Positions 16,703 through 29,587 of a stretch of 64,000 bases of DNA are shown in pieces. A program made the translations under genes and the position numbers. Below the pieces are notes generated by a model. It made no database searches. It was not told where the DNA came from and saw only the letters and a program-made list of their open reading frames with translations. The stretch is taken from contig DAHUYO010000007.1 of NCBI GenBank assembly GCA_027315185.1, forward strand, positions 1,725 to 65,724. The letters run 5' to 3'. The DNA is from Acidobacteriota bacterium. GTDB lineage: Bacteria; Acidobacteriota; Terriglobia; Terriglobales; SCQP01. Position 1 is the stretch's first letter, and each line of letters opens with the position of its first letter.

Positions 16703-17227
16703 ATGCCGCGCTCGCCGCCGAACTTCAGCCGCATGGACCGCTCCGCCGACAATGGCCTTGCCGCGACATTGCGTCCAGCCCGCCGGGAGGACCGGGAAAA
16801 GCTATGGACATTGGATCAAGCCTGCTTTGATGCCCAGCTCGCATACACCCGCGACGAGTTGGAAGCCTACCTAGACTCCCCCGGCGCTTTCGCCCTGGTG
16901 CTGGAAACGGAAGCGGGAAGCCCGGCCGCATTTGTGCTCGCCAGCGTAGGGCGGCGCGGCCAGGGCCACATTGTCACGCTGGACGTGCTCCCGGCGTTTC
17001 GCCGCCGCGGTTGGGGGCGGCGCTTGCTGCTGGCCGCCGAGCAGCGGCTGCGCGCCGCCGGCTGCCGCGAGGTGCGGCTGGAAGCGGCGGTGAACAATGC
17101 CGCCGCCCTGGCGCTGTATGGGCGCCTGGGCTATCGCGTGCGGCGCGTGCTGCGCGGCTATTACCACGGCGGGCTGGACGCCTTGTCGCTGGCCAAGCTG
17201 TTTTCCGGCGGCCACGGTGGGCCATAA
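16703..17227 (+). CDS. RimI-like GNAT acetyltransferase (start uncertain, possibly 16733)
   Basis: 'HIVTLDVLPAFRRRGWG', 'LEAAVNNAAALALY..LGY', 'GYY..G.DA'. Confidence 0.85.
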   Translation: MPRSPPNFSRMDRSADNGLAATLRPARREDREKLWTLDQACFDAQLAYTRDELEAYLDSPGAFALVLETEAGSPAAFVLASVGRRGQGHIVTLDVLPAFRRRGWGRRLLLAAEQRLRAAGCREVRLEAAVNNAAALALYGRLGYRVRRVLRGYYHGGLDALSLAKLFSGGHGGP

Positions 17228-17257
17228 TGGAAGTTCCCATCGCAAGGACAATTCGAA

Positions 17258-17821
17258 ATGGCGATTTCCGCGAACCAGTTGCGTTCCGGCATGGTGATTC
17301 TCCATGACAAGGAACTGTTTTCCGTTTTCAGCATCACCCACCGCACGCCGGGCAATCTGCGTGCCTTCGTGCAAGCCAAACTCCGCAACCTGCGCACCGG
17401 GGCGATGATCGAGCACCGCTTCCGCTCCGAGGACCGGGTAGACCGGGCCGTGCTGGATGAGACGGAGATGGAGTACTTGTACAGCGATGGCGGCGACCAC
17501 CACTTCATGAACACGGAAACCTTCGAGCAGATTCACCTCTCCGCCGACACGCTCGGCGACGCGGTGCAATATCTGCTCCCCAACCTGCGCATCAAGGTGG
17601 AGTTTTACGAGGGCAATCCGGTTTCCATCGAGCTGCCGGCGACGGTGGATCTGGAGGTGGTGGAAACCGAACCTGGACTGAAAGGCGCGACGGTGTCGAA
17701 CGTGACGAAACCGGCGACGTTGGAGACCGGACTGGTCGTCCAGGTGCCGTCGTTCATTGACATCGGGGAACGGATTCGCGTGGATACCACCGAGGGCAAT
17801 TACCTGGAGCGCGTGAAGTAG
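17258..17821 (+). CDS. efp: Elongation factor P (PGN-loop variant)
   Basis: '[18 protein letters not shown]', 'YLYSDG', 'TKPATLETG...VP.FI..GE.IRVDT..G.Y..R'. Confidence 0.95.
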   Translation: MAISANQLRSGMVILHDKELFSVFSITHRTPGNLRAFVQAKLRNLRTGAMIEHRFRSEDRVDRAVLDETEMEYLYSDGGDHHFMNTETFEQIHLSADTLGDAVQYLLPNLRIKVEFYEGNPVSIELPATVDLEVVETEPGLKGATVSNVTKPATLETGLVVQVPSFIDIGERIRVDTTEGNYLERVK

Positions 17822-18015
17822 GCCGGCGGCGGCCTCCCACTCGATCTTGGCGTTCCTGCGCGCCGGCGGCGAACGCGTGGGGCCGCCGCCACCGGCCGGC
17901 CGGACCGTATCCGCGGCGGCAAGTGCCTGACCGGCCGGTTGCTTGCCCCCCGGGCCCAATACGCCCACAATATCGCTAGGCGCATGGAGGCCGTAGCGCC
18001 GGGGGAGGCGATGCG

Positions 18016-19608
18016 ATGCAGAGTTTAGCCAACGCCGCAGGTCTGGACCTGCTTGACGAACTCCAAATCGTATCCAAACAGCTCCGCCGCGATCAGCCGG
18101 CGGCGGTGCTGGCCGAGGAGTCGCTGCGCCGGGGGGAAACGACCTTGGCGGCAAACGGGGCGCTTTGCGCCGAGACGGGCCGCTACACGGGACGGTCGCC
18201 GCGGGACCGGTTCATCGTGCGCGACAACTCCACGGAAGGGCAGGTGGACTGGGGCAGCATCAACCAGCCGCTGGATCCCCATCATTTCGACCAGATTCTG
18301 CGCAAGGTGGAGCGGTACGCCCGCGGGCGCGAGCTGTTCGAGCAGCGGCTCTACGCGGGCGCCGATCCGGAGCAGCAACTGTCCGTGCGCGTGGTTACCG
18401 AGCGGGCTTGGCACGCGTTGTTCGCGCACCAACTGTTGCGGCGGCCCAGCGCGGCGCAGCGGGAGCGTTTCGAGCCGGAGATGACGGTGATGGTTCTGCC
18501 CGGCTGCATGGCGGCGGGTCCGGAGGACGGGCTGCGGTCGGAAGCCTTCGTGCTGCTGAACTTCGAGCGCCGCGTGGTCCTGATCGGCGGCACGGAATAT
18601 GCCGGCGAGATCAAGAAATCGGTATTTTCCGCATTGAATTTTCTGCTGCCGCCGCGCGGCGTGCTGCCCATGCATTGCTCGGCCAATATCGGCGCCGCGG
18701 GGGATTCGGCGCTGTTTTTCGGCCTGTCGGGCACGGGCAAGACGACGCTGTCGGCGGATCCGGAACGGCGCCTGATCGGCGACGACGAGCATGGCTGGGG
18801 CCCGCGCGGCATTTACAACTTCGAAGGCGGCTGTTACGCGAAATGCATTCGCCTGTCGGAGGCCAGCGAACCGCAGATTTGGCGGGCGATCCGCTTCGGC
18901 GCGGTGCTGGAGAACGTAGTGCTGGATGCCGCGACGCGCGAACCCCGCTATGACGACGCCCGGCTGACGGAAAACACACGCGCCGCCTATCCGCTGGACT
19001 TCATCGAGACGGCGGTGCCGTCGGGCTGCGGTCCGCGTCCGGAGCACGTGGTCTTCCTCACCGCGGACGCCTTCGGCGTGCTGCCGCCGGTGGCGCGGCT
19101 GACGCCGGAGCAAGCCATGTATCACTTTCTGTCCGGCTACACCGCCAAGGTGGCGGGCACCGAAGCCGGAGTCCGGGAGCCGCAGGCGACCTTCAGCACA
19201 GGGTTCGGCGCGCCGTTCCTGCCGCTTTCGCCGCTGGTCTACGCGCGCATGCTGGGCGAACGCCTGGCGGCGCATCGGGTGCCCTGCTGGTGGATCAACA
19301 CCGGCTGGACGGGCGGCGGCTACGGCGAGGGAAGGCGGATTCCGCTGGAACAGACCCGCGCCATCGTGCGGGCGGCGCTGGCGGGAGAGCTGAACGACGT
19401 GGCCTGTGCCGTGGATCCGGTGTTCGGCGTGGCGGTGCCGGAGGCGGCGCCGGGCGTCCCCCGCGAGCTCCTTCGGCCACGGACCACTTGGCGCGACCCG
19501 GCCGCTTATGACGCCAAGGCGCGCGAACTGGCGGGGCGTTTCGCGGCCAACTTCGAGCAATTCGGCGCCGTGGCGGAAAGCATCCGCGCGGCGGGACCGG
19601 CGCGATAA
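18016..19608 (+). CDS. pckA: Phosphoenolpyruvate carboxykinase (ATP)
   Basis: 'TGRSPRDRF', 'YAGEIKK', 'FFGLSGTGKTTLS', 'LIGDDEHGW', 'FEGGCYAK', 'TENTR'. Confidence 0.97.
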   Translation: MQSLANAAGLDLLDELQIVSKQLRRDQPAAVLAEESLRRGETTLAANGALCAETGRYTGRSPRDRFIVRDNSTEGQVDWGSINQPLDPHHFDQILRKVERYARGRELFEQRLYAGADPEQQLSVRVVTERAWHALFAHQLLRRPSAAQRERFEPEMTVMVLPGCMAAGPEDGLRSEAFVLLNFERRVVLIGGTEYAGEIKKSVFSALNFLLPPRGVLPMHCSANIGAAGDSALFFGLSGTGKTTLSADPERRLIGDDEHGWGPRGIYNFEGGCYAKCIRLSEASEPQIWRAIRFGAVLENVVLDAATREPRYDDARLTENTRAAYPLDFIETAVPSGCGPRPEHVVFLTADAFGVLPPVARLTPEQAMYHFLSGYTAKVAGTEAGVREPQATFSTGFGAPFLPLSPLVYARMLGERLAAHRVPCWWINTGWTGGGYGEGRRIPLEQTRAIVRAALAGELNDVACAVDPVFGVAVPEAAPGVPRELLRPRTTWRDPAAYDAKARELAGRFAANFEQFGAVAESIRAAGPAR

Positions 19609-19624
19609 ACCGCTCCGGCCCGTT

Positions 19625-19653
19625 CGCCGCGCCCGTGCGGCGCGGGCGCGGCG
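19625..19653. terminator. 11-bp GC hairpin between convergent pckA and AIM24-family gene
   Basis: CGCCGCGCCCG / CGGGCGCGGCG perfect inverted repeat; no U-tract. Confidence 0.5.
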
Positions 19654-19668
19654 CTGCGCGCGCCGCGG

Positions 19669-20559
19669 CTACCAGCCGCCTTGCGCGCCCCCTCCCTGGC
19701 CGCCCAGCACGCCGCCGAGTATCCCTCCCAGCGCGCCCATGCCCATCGCGGCGCCGCCGCCGCCGCTAGTCCCGGCTTGCGCGGCGATACGGCTGACCAG
19801 GCGATCAAAGGACAGGGTTTGCAGGATGACGTCGCCTGGGCCGGTGAGCACGATGAAGAACAATCCCTCGCCGCCGAACAGCACGTTTTTGAAGCCTTTG
19901 ACGAACTCGATGTCGTAGCTCATCCCGGCGTCGAACGCCACCACCGTGCCGGTGTCAATCCGGATCTGTTCGCCCGGCGCCAGGGTCTTGCGGATGAAAT
20001 GCCCGCCGGCGTGCACCAGCGCCGCGCCGTTGCCGGTCAGCTTTTGCAGAATGAATCCCTCGCCGGCGAACATGCCGTAGCCCAGGCGGCGGGTGAAGGC
20101 CACGCTGACCTCCACCCCCGGGCTACAGCAGAGAAACGAATGCCGCTGGCAGAGCCATTCCTTGGTTCCCACCGGCAGGGGATGAATGGTGCCGGGATAG
20201 GGGGCGGCGAAGCACACTTCGCCGCCGCCGCTGGTGCTGGTGAAGCCGGAAAGAAAGAAGGAGGCGCCGGCCAGGGCGCGCTTGAAACCGGCGAACATGC
20301 CGCCGCCGGTATTGGTCTGCATCTGGACGTCGCCATGCATGTACAGCAGCGATCCGGGTTCAGCCAGCACACCTTGTCCGGCGGCAAGCGAAAACACCGC
20401 CGCCTGCATTTCATAGCCGACCACGCTGTAGGGGACACCGGCCAATTGCCCGGCGGCGCCGGCCGTGGCGGGTGCGGCGGCGAGCGGCGCGCCGCAGCGC
20501 GGGCAAAAGCGGGCTTCATCGGAAAGGGCGGTGGCGTGGCAGGCAGGGCAGGTAGACAT
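19669..20559 (-). CDS. AIM24/TIGR00266 family protein with N-terminal zinc ribbon
   Basis: CxxC...FCxxCG; 'GEGFILQKLTG.G', 'FGGEGLF..LTGPG.V.LQT'. Confidence 0.88.
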   Translation of the reverse strand: MSTCPACHATALSDEARFCPRCGAPLAAAPATAGAAGQLAGVPYSVVGYEMQAAVFSLAAGQGVLAEPGSLLYMHGDVQMQTNTGGGMFAGFKRALAGASFFLSGFTSTSGGGEVCFAAPYPGTIHPLPVGTKEWLCQRHSFLCCSPGVEVSVAFTRRLGYGMFAGEGFILQKLTGNGAALVHAGGHFIRKTLAPGEQIRIDTGTVVAFDAGMSYDIEFVKGFKNVLFGGEGLFFIVLTGPGDVILQTLSFDRLVSRIAAQAGTSGGGGAAMGMGALGGILGGVLGGQGGGAQGGW

Positions 20560-20679
20560 GCCCCCACTGTAGCGCGGTTAGGATTTTCTTAGTCGTTAGG
20601 ACAGTCTCTCGCTTATAACCGCCGCGCGCGCCAACCAGCTTGATCGCTCTCCGCCGCCAGGCCACCATGGGGTTGACCC

Positions 20680-22680
20680 GTGCCCAACCTCAACCAACCC
20701 CCAGCGCCCGCCGACCCAGGAGCGGCGGGGGCAAAATCCGTCGCCCGGCTGGAAGCGCTGCTGCGCTCCGCCTGGCGGGAGCCGCGCCACCTGGATGAGG
20801 CGCTGGACTCATTGGCCGCCGCGCACGGATTATCGGCCGCGGGTTTGTATCAAGCCGACGGGTTGGATTTTGTGCGTCATGCGGCCGGCGGCGCGGAGCA
20901 CGGCCGGTTGCCGGCGCGAGTCGCCGTTCAGAGTGGCGGATTGTGGGCCGATGCGCTGCGCCACGGCGCGCCGCGCTTCTTGGCGCCCGGCGCCGAAGAC
21001 GCCGCCGCGCAAGCGCGGGCTGCCTTCCCCGCCAAAGTCAGCCAGCCGCATGTGCCGGCGGCGGAATGGGTGTTGTACGCCGAGTCGCCGCGGGAGCTGG
21101 CGTTGGATGCCCGTCATGCGCTGCGCGGTTGGGCGGAGGCGCTGGCGGAAGCCGGGCAGAACCGTATGGCTCTGGCCGCCGCCCGGGCCGTCGGGCAAAA
21201 TTGGGCGGGACTGTTTCGCGATTCTCCCGTGTGGTGCCACACCGAGCACTCCGACGGCGCCATTGCCGAAATCAATCGCGCCGGGTTGGAGGTGCTGGGC
21301 CGGGAGCGGGACGAAGTCATTGGCCACCGGCTGGCGGAGTTTTGCGTGCCGCGCACGCCAGTGCCGCCGGCTGCCGCCGAAGTCCCGGCGGGCGGCGGCG
21401 GGGCGCTGACCCCGGTCGAGGTGCAGATCCTGCCCAACCACGGGACCCCCGTGACCATGCACGTATATCAGCAGCCGGCTTATGTGGACGGGGTGCTGAC
21501 CGGGGGACGCAGCGTACTGCTCAACGTCACCTCGGAGCGGGAGATGGAGCGCCAGTTGGTGGAGGCGCAGAAGATGCAGGCGGTGGGCACGCTAACCGCC
21601 GGCATCGCCCATGATTTTAATAATCTTTTGACCACGGTGCTGGGGCAGATCGAGTTGTTGCGCCTGCGCCACGCCCGCACCCTGCCGGATGACGCGGTGG
21701 AGCGGCTGGGCCGGATGGAGAAGGCGGGGCGGCGGGCGGCAGGCCTGGTCAGCCAACTATTGGTCTTTTCCCGGCATGATCCGCAGCAAATGGGGCCGGT
21801 GGAGATTTGGGCGGCGGTGCTGGCCACGGTCGAACTGTTGCGTCACGGGCTGCCGGAAAATATCGAGATCCGCCGCGACAGCCAACTGCCGGCGGCGCGG
21901 ATTTGGGGCAGCCTGGGGCAACTCCAGCAGGCGCTGGTGAACGTCGCGGCCAATTCCTTGGCGGCGATGCCCGAGGGCGGAGCGCTCAGCCTGGCATTGT
22001 CGCTGGCCCCGGCGCCGCCCCGCGCCGGCCGGTCCGCGCCGGATGCGCCGGGATGGGCGGTGCTGAGCATCAGCGACACCGGGTTCGGCATGACCGAGGC
22101 GGTGCGGCAGCGGGCCTTCGAGCCGTTTTTCACCACCAAGCCTTCCAGCGAGAACAGCGGCCTGGGCCTAGCCATCGTGTATGGCATCGTGCAGGCGCAC
22201 CGCGGCCATGTCGAGATTGAAAGCGCTCCCGGCCATGGCACCACCCTGCGCATGTATTTCCCCCTGCTGCCCGCCAGCCAAGCTAGCGCGCCCCCGCAGG
22301 TGGCCGAACCCGGCGGCGGCGAGCGGATTCTGCTGGTCGAGGACGACGCCGCCGTCGCCGACACCACGGCGCAGATGCTGGGCAGCGCCGGCTATCGCGT
22401 GGTGACCGCCCACCGTCCCACGCAGGCCTTGGAGTTGCTGCGCGCCGCGGCCGAACCCTTCGATTTGATGCTGACCGACGTCACCATGCCGGAGATGACC
22501 GGCTACCAACTCGCCGATCGGGTACAAGCCGAGTTTGGTCCCATCCGCACCGTCTTCGTCACGGGCTATGATTTCCAGTCCACCCCGGGTTCCAGTTCCC
22601 GCTTCTTGCTGCAAAAGCCCATCAATTTGCGGGACCTCGCCGCGGCGGTCCGGCAAGCCTTGGCGGCGGAACTGCCATGA
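20680..22680 (+). CDS. Hybrid PAS-HisKA-HATPase-REC sensor kinase (CckA-like)
   Basis: 'GTLTAGIAHDFNNLL', 'SDTGFGM', 'FEPFFTTK', 'GLGL'; REC 'LLVEDD..TDVTMP..TG..KP'. Confidence 0.9.
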   Translation: MPNLNQPPAPADPGAAGAKSVARLEALLRSAWREPRHLDEALDSLAAAHGLSAAGLYQADGLDFVRHAAGGAEHGRLPARVAVQSGGLWADALRHGAPRFLAPGAEDAAAQARAAFPAKVSQPHVPAAEWVLYAESPRELALDARHALRGWAEALAEAGQNRMALAAARAVGQNWAGLFRDSPVWCHTEHSDGAIAEINRAGLEVLGRERDEVIGHRLAEFCVPRTPVPPAAAEVPAGGGGALTPVEVQILPNHGTPVTMHVYQQPAYVDGVLTGGRSVLLNVTSEREMERQLVEAQKMQAVGTLTAGIAHDFNNLLTTVLGQIELLRLRHARTLPDDAVERLGRMEKAGRRAAGLVSQLLVFSRHDPQQMGPVEIWAAVLATVELLRHGLPENIEIRRDSQLPAARIWGSLGQLQQALVNVAANSLAAMPEGGALSLALSLAPAPPRAGRSAPDAPGWAVLSISDTGFGMTEAVRQRAFEPFFTTKPSSENSGLGLAIVYGIVQAHRGHVEIESAPGHGTTLRMYFPLLPASQASAPPQVAEPGGGERILLVEDDAAVADTTAQMLGSAGYRVVTAHRPTQALELLRAAAEPFDLMLTDVTMPEMTGYQLADRVQAEFGPIRTVFVTGYDFQSTPGSSSRFLLQKPINLRDLAAAVRQALAAELP

Positions 22681-23432
22681 CCGGGGCCGCACTACCCGGC
22701 GCGACGGGCGAGCCCATGCGCCTGCTGATCTATGCGCCCCAGCCGCTGCTGGCGCGGTTGCTGGCCGAATCGCTGGCCGCGCGCGGCTACCATACCCAGG
22801 TGGAGACCGACCTTACCGCGCTGGCCGCGGCCGATGAGCGGCTGCCGGCCGGAGCCTTGCTGATCACCAGTTCGGACGCGGCCCATGTCTGGCTCTCCGC
22901 CCAGCCGCCGGTGCTGCGGCGCAAATGTCTGGTGCTGGGCGACGGCGATTTGGACCGGTTCGCCGACCTGGATTGCCGCCTGGTTTCGCCCGCCGACAGC
23001 TTGGAGCGCATCGAAACCGAACTGCGCCATCTCGCCCCGGCCGAATCCGAGCCGCGGCAGAAGCTTCTGATCGTGGATGACGACCCCGACACCCGCGCCA
23101 CCATCCGGGAATATTTTCAGGCGCTGGGCTACGACTGCCGCAGCGCCGCCAACGGCGCCGAGGCGCTGGCCCGCATCCGCGAGGAGACGCCGCAGGTCAT
23201 TCTCCTCGACCTCAACATGCCGGAACTCGGCGGGCTGGATTTTCTCAAGATGGTCCGCCGCCTGGACAGCAGCTTCGGCATCGTGGTGGTGACCGCGCTG
23301 CACGACCCGCGCGTCGCCGCCCGCGCCGTCGCCGCCGGCGCCTTCGACGTGATCGAAAAGCCGATCAACTTCCAGCACCTCGCCTATCTGGTGCGGATCC
23401 AAATTTCCTACCGCGAAATGCGCGCCCGCTAG
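22677..23432 (+). CDS. Response regulator (degenerate N-domain plus REC, no output domain)
   Basis: 'LIVDDD', 'LLDLNMP', 'VTA', 'EKP'; ATGA overlap with kinase. Confidence 0.85.
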   Translation: MTGAALPGATGEPMRLLIYAPQPLLARLLAESLAARGYHTQVETDLTALAAADERLPAGALLITSSDAAHVWLSAQPPVLRRKCLVLGDGDLDRFADLDCRLVSPADSLERIETELRHLAPAESEPRQKLLIVDDDPDTRATIREYFQALGYDCRSAANGAEALARIREETPQVILLDLNMPELGGLDFLKMVRRLDSSFGIVVVTALHDPRVAARAVAAGAFDVIEKPINFQHLAYLVRIQISYREMRAR

Positions 23433-23553
23433 GCCGTGTCGCTGCTCGCCGGCGGCGCAGCCGCCGGAAACGGCCCGCGGAATCAGGCGCGGCTGTGCCG
23501 ATCTCCCGGCCAGCGGCGCAGCGCGCGCCGTTAACGGCTCGCCGGCGGAGCAG

Positions 23554-24735
<1,182 letters not shown>

Positions 24736-24808
24736 TTCCGCACCTCTTTTCCCAGTATAGGCGCGGGGGTCTGCGCCGCCCGCGCGGCGTGAATGCTATG
24801 GTAACGGG

Positions 24809-25646
24809 ATGGCTGCGGTGGAGTTATTGAAGCGGTTTCGCCACGCCTTCGCCGCGCGTTCGGCGGAGGCGGGCGAGCGGCTGCTGCCGCTGGAAGGTCC
24901 GCGGCTGATCGCCGAGGCGCTGCGCGCCGGCGCGCGCGTCGAGGCGGTGCTGTTCAGTCCCGCCGGCCAGGCCCAATTCGCCGCCGCGATCCGGCCCCAG
25001 CTGTCCAAACACTGCCGGGTGGAAACCGCCGGAGAACGGGACTTTCGCGCCGCCATGGATGCCGAGCATCCGCCGGGCGTGGCGGCGCTGGTGCGCTGGC
25101 GGGAGCGGACGGCGGAGGACCTGCTGCCTCCCCCGCCGGTTGGCGGCGCGGCGCCGCGGCTGCTGCTGGCCGCCGCGGGCCTGCAAGATCCCGGCAACTT
25201 GGGCACGTTGATCCGCGCCGCTGACGCCTTCGGCGCCGATGGCGTGGCGGTGCTGGCCGGTTCGGTCAATCCGTTCCATCCCAAGGTGCTGCGCGCGGCC
25301 GCGGGGTCGCATTTTCACCTGCCCGTGGCCGCGGAAGTGGATCCCGGCGAATGGATCGCGCTCTGCCGCCGCCATGGCGTGGTGCTGGCCGCGGCCGCGG
25401 CGCATGCCAAGCTATCCGCCCCGGACGCCGATCTGCGCCGCTCCCTGTGCTGGCTGATCGGCCAGGAGGCGCATGGCCTGCCGCGAGCGTTGCAGCGGGC
25501 AGCGGAGTTGACCGTGGCGATTCCCATGGCGCGGCAGGTGGACTCGCTCAACGCGGGCGTCGCCGGGGCCATCTTGTTGTATGAAGCGCGCCGCCAGCGC
25601 GCCGCGGCGCCGCGCCGGGAACTCAGCCCCGAAGGATCCCAGCCGC

Positions 25647-25666
<20 letters not shown>
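24809..25666 (+). CDS. TrmH/SpoU family RNA methyltransferase
   Basis: 'QDPGNLGTLIR', 'GQEAHGL', 'IPM..VDSLNA'. Confidence 0.9.
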
Positions 25667-27008
<1,342 letters not shown>

Positions 27009-27101
27009 CCGCCCGCGCCTTTCGCTTTGCCGTGTGCCGGGGCGGGACCGGGCGGCGGCCCGCGGCGGCTCAGCCGCCCGCCCCGCTATAATCCTGCCCT
27101 G

Positions 27102-28634
27102 ATGGCCTACTCCGACCTGCGGGAGTTCATCGCCGCCCTGGAAGCGGCGGGCGAGCTGCGGCGCATCTCCGCCGCGGTGGATCCGGTGCTGGAAATCGCC
27201 GAGGTCGCCGACCGCGTTAGCAAGCGCGTGGGCCCGGCGCTGCTGTTCGAAAATCCCACCGGCTATTCTCGCCGCCCCTTGCTCATCAATCAATTCGGTT
27301 CACCCCGCCGCATGGCCCTGGCCTTGGGCGTGGATTCTGTGGACGACATCGCCGCCCGCATCCGCAAATTCCTGGACCTGAAACCGGCGCCCGGGCTGCT
27401 GGACAAGCTGAAAATGCTGCCGCTGCTGGCTGAAGCCGGGTCGTTTTTTCCCCGCACCGTCCGCACCGGCCCCTGCCAGGAGGTGGTGAAGCGGGGCAAC
27501 TTTTCCGTTTTGGATTTCCCCATTCTCCAGTGCTGGCCGGAGGACGGCGGCCGCTACATTACCTTGCCCTGCGTTTTCACCCGCGATCCCCGCACCGGCC
27601 GGCGCAATGCCGGCATGTACCGCCTCCAGGTCTTCGACGGCCAAACCCTCGGCATGCACTGGCAGATCCACAAGCATGGCGCCGAACACATGCGCGAACA
27701 CATCCGCGCCGCCTCCGGCGCGGAGGCCGAGGATTTCCTGGGCCGCGCCCATGCGCTGCCCACGGTCGCCCGCCCCGATGCCGCCGCCCCGCCCCTCGGC
27801 CGCATCGAGGTGGCGGTGGCCATCGGCGCCGATCCCGCCACCACCTTCAGCGCCATCTGCCCCGCGCCGCCCGGTGTGGATGAAATGGTGCTGGCCGGCT
27901 TTCTGCGGCAAAAGGCCGTGGACATGGTGCGCTGCCAAACCGTGGATCTGGAAGTCCCGGCGAGCGCGGAGATCGTGTTGGAAGGCTACGTGGATTTGGC
28001 CGAGCGCCGCCGCGAAGGCCCCTTCGGCGATCACACCGGCTTTTATTCGCTCGCTGACGATTATCCGGTCCTGCACCTGACTTGCCTCACTCACCGCCGC
28101 GATCCCATCTACGCCACCACCATCGTCGGCGCGCCCCCCATGGAGGACGGCTACATGGGCCAGGCGGTAGGGCGAATCTTTTTGCCCCTGATGCAAATGC
28201 AGTTCCCCGAAATCGTGGACGTGCATTGGCCGTTGGAAGGCGTTTTCCACAACCTCCTGCTGGTCTCCATCCGCAAGTCCTACCCCGGCCATGCGCGCAA
28301 AATCATGAACGGTATTTGGAGCCTGGGCCAGGCCATGTTCACCAAATGCGTCGTCGTGGTGGATGAAACCGTGGATGTGCGGGATCCGGCGCAAGTGGCG
28401 TTGCATGCCTTCAACAACGTGGATCCCGAGCGTGACATCCAGTTCACCCTGGGTCCCGTGGACGCGCTCGATCATGCCTCCCGCTTGCCCAACTTCGGTT
28501 CCAAGATGGGCGTGGATGCCACCCGAAAATGGCCCAGCGAAGGCTTCCAGCGGCCCTGGCCAAAGTTCATTCGCATGGACTCGCAAACCCGCCGGCGCGT
28601 GGATGCGCTTTGGTCCAGCCTGGGGCTGGACTGA
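27102..28634 (+). CDS. UbiD family decarboxylase (menaquinone futalosine-pathway type)
   Basis: 'GPALLFE', 'NAGMYRLQ', 'EGPFGDHTGFY', 'KSYPGHARK', 'LDHAS..GSKMGVDAT'. Confidence 0.9.
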   Translation: MAYSDLREFIAALEAAGELRRISAAVDPVLEIAEVADRVSKRVGPALLFENPTGYSRRPLLINQFGSPRRMALALGVDSVDDIAARIRKFLDLKPAPGLLDKLKMLPLLAEAGSFFPRTVRTGPCQEVVKRGNFSVLDFPILQCWPEDGGRYITLPCVFTRDPRTGRRNAGMYRLQVFDGQTLGMHWQIHKHGAEHMREHIRAASGAEAEDFLGRAHALPTVARPDAAAPPLGRIEVAVAIGADPATTFSAICPAPPGVDEMVLAGFLRQKAVDMVRCQTVDLEVPASAEIVLEGYVDLAERRREGPFGDHTGFYSLADDYPVLHLTCLTHRRDPIYATTIVGAPPMEDGYMGQAVGRIFLPLMQMQFPEIVDVHWPLEGVFHNLLLVSIRKSYPGHARKIMNGIWSLGQAMFTKCVVVVDETVDVRDPAQVALHAFNNVDPERDIQFTLGPVDALDHASRLPNFGSKMGVDATRKWPSEGFQRPWPKFIRMDSQTRRRVDALWSSLGLD

Positions 28635-28831
28635 AGTTCGCTGGGAGGCGGCCGGGCTGGCGCCGGACCGGCGCGGGAAGCCAATTTCGGCCGCCGGCGA
28701 CTCTACCTTAACGGCAACGGCGGAAACGTGGAGATGCCCGGGATCCGGGCGCGCCTGCGTTGCCGGCCGCCGCAGCTGGGCCATTCAGATCCGAACGGCT
28801 GCGCCGCCGGCGCCGAGAGAAGGGCTGGCCG

Positions 28832-29587
28832 ATGTCCCCTCCGGAGCCACGCATCGGTTGTTCCGGTTTTTCGTACCCCCATTGGCGGGGCGGGGTGTTC
28901 TATGCTCCGCGCTGGCCGGTGAAGCAGGAACTGGAGTTTTACGCTCAGCGGTTCGACACCGTCGAACTGAACAGTCTCTTCTACCGCCTGCCCAGCGCGG
29001 CGACTTTCCGCCGCTGGGCCGCGGGCACGCCGCCTGGATTCAAGTTCGCCGTCAAGGCCAGTCGTTATATCACCCACATGCTCCATCTGCGCGGCGCCGC
29101 CCCAGCGTTGCGGACGTTTCTGCAACGCGCGCGGCAGTTGGGCCCAAAGTTGGGCCCGGTGCTGTTCCAATTTCCCTCGTCCTGGGGCGTGCATCTCGAC
29201 CGGCTGGAGGTGTTTTTGCCGGCTCTGCCCACGGGCTATCACTTTGCCTTCGAGTTCCGCCATGCCGCATGGTTCACGCCGCCCGTCTACGCAGCGCTGC
29301 AACGGCGCGGCGCGGCTTTGTGCTGGGCCGTCCATCCCGGCCTGCCCCCGCCGCCGCTCGTCGCCACCGCCTCCTTCGTCTATCTGCGTCTCCACGCCGG
29401 CCGTGCGCGCGATGGCGGTTTCACGCCGGCGGAACTGCGGCATTGGGCCAAGGTGCTGTCGCAACAGCGCGCGGCGGGCCGCGCCGTCTACGCGTATTTC
29501 AATAACGATTCGCGGGGCTGTGCCGTGCGCAACGCACGCTCCCTGCGGCGGCTCCTGTCCAACCACCAGCATCGGCGGCGGGCGTAA
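28832..29587 (+). CDS. DUF72 (YecE-like) protein
   Basis: 'IGCSGFSY.HW', 'TVELNSLFY', 'AVKASRYITH', 'FEFRH', 'YLRLH', 'YFNND'. Confidence 0.9.
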   Translation: MSPPEPRIGCSGFSYPHWRGGVFYAPRWPVKQELEFYAQRFDTVELNSLFYRLPSAATFRRWAAGTPPGFKFAVKASRYITHMLHLRGAAPALRTFLQRARQLGPKLGPVLFQFPSSWGVHLDRLEVFLPALPTGYHFAFEFRHAAWFTPPVYAALQRRGAALCWAVHPGLPPPPLVATASFVYLRLHAGRARDGGFTPAELRHWAKVLSQQRAAGRAVYAYFNNDSRGCAVRNARSLRRLLSNHQHRRRA

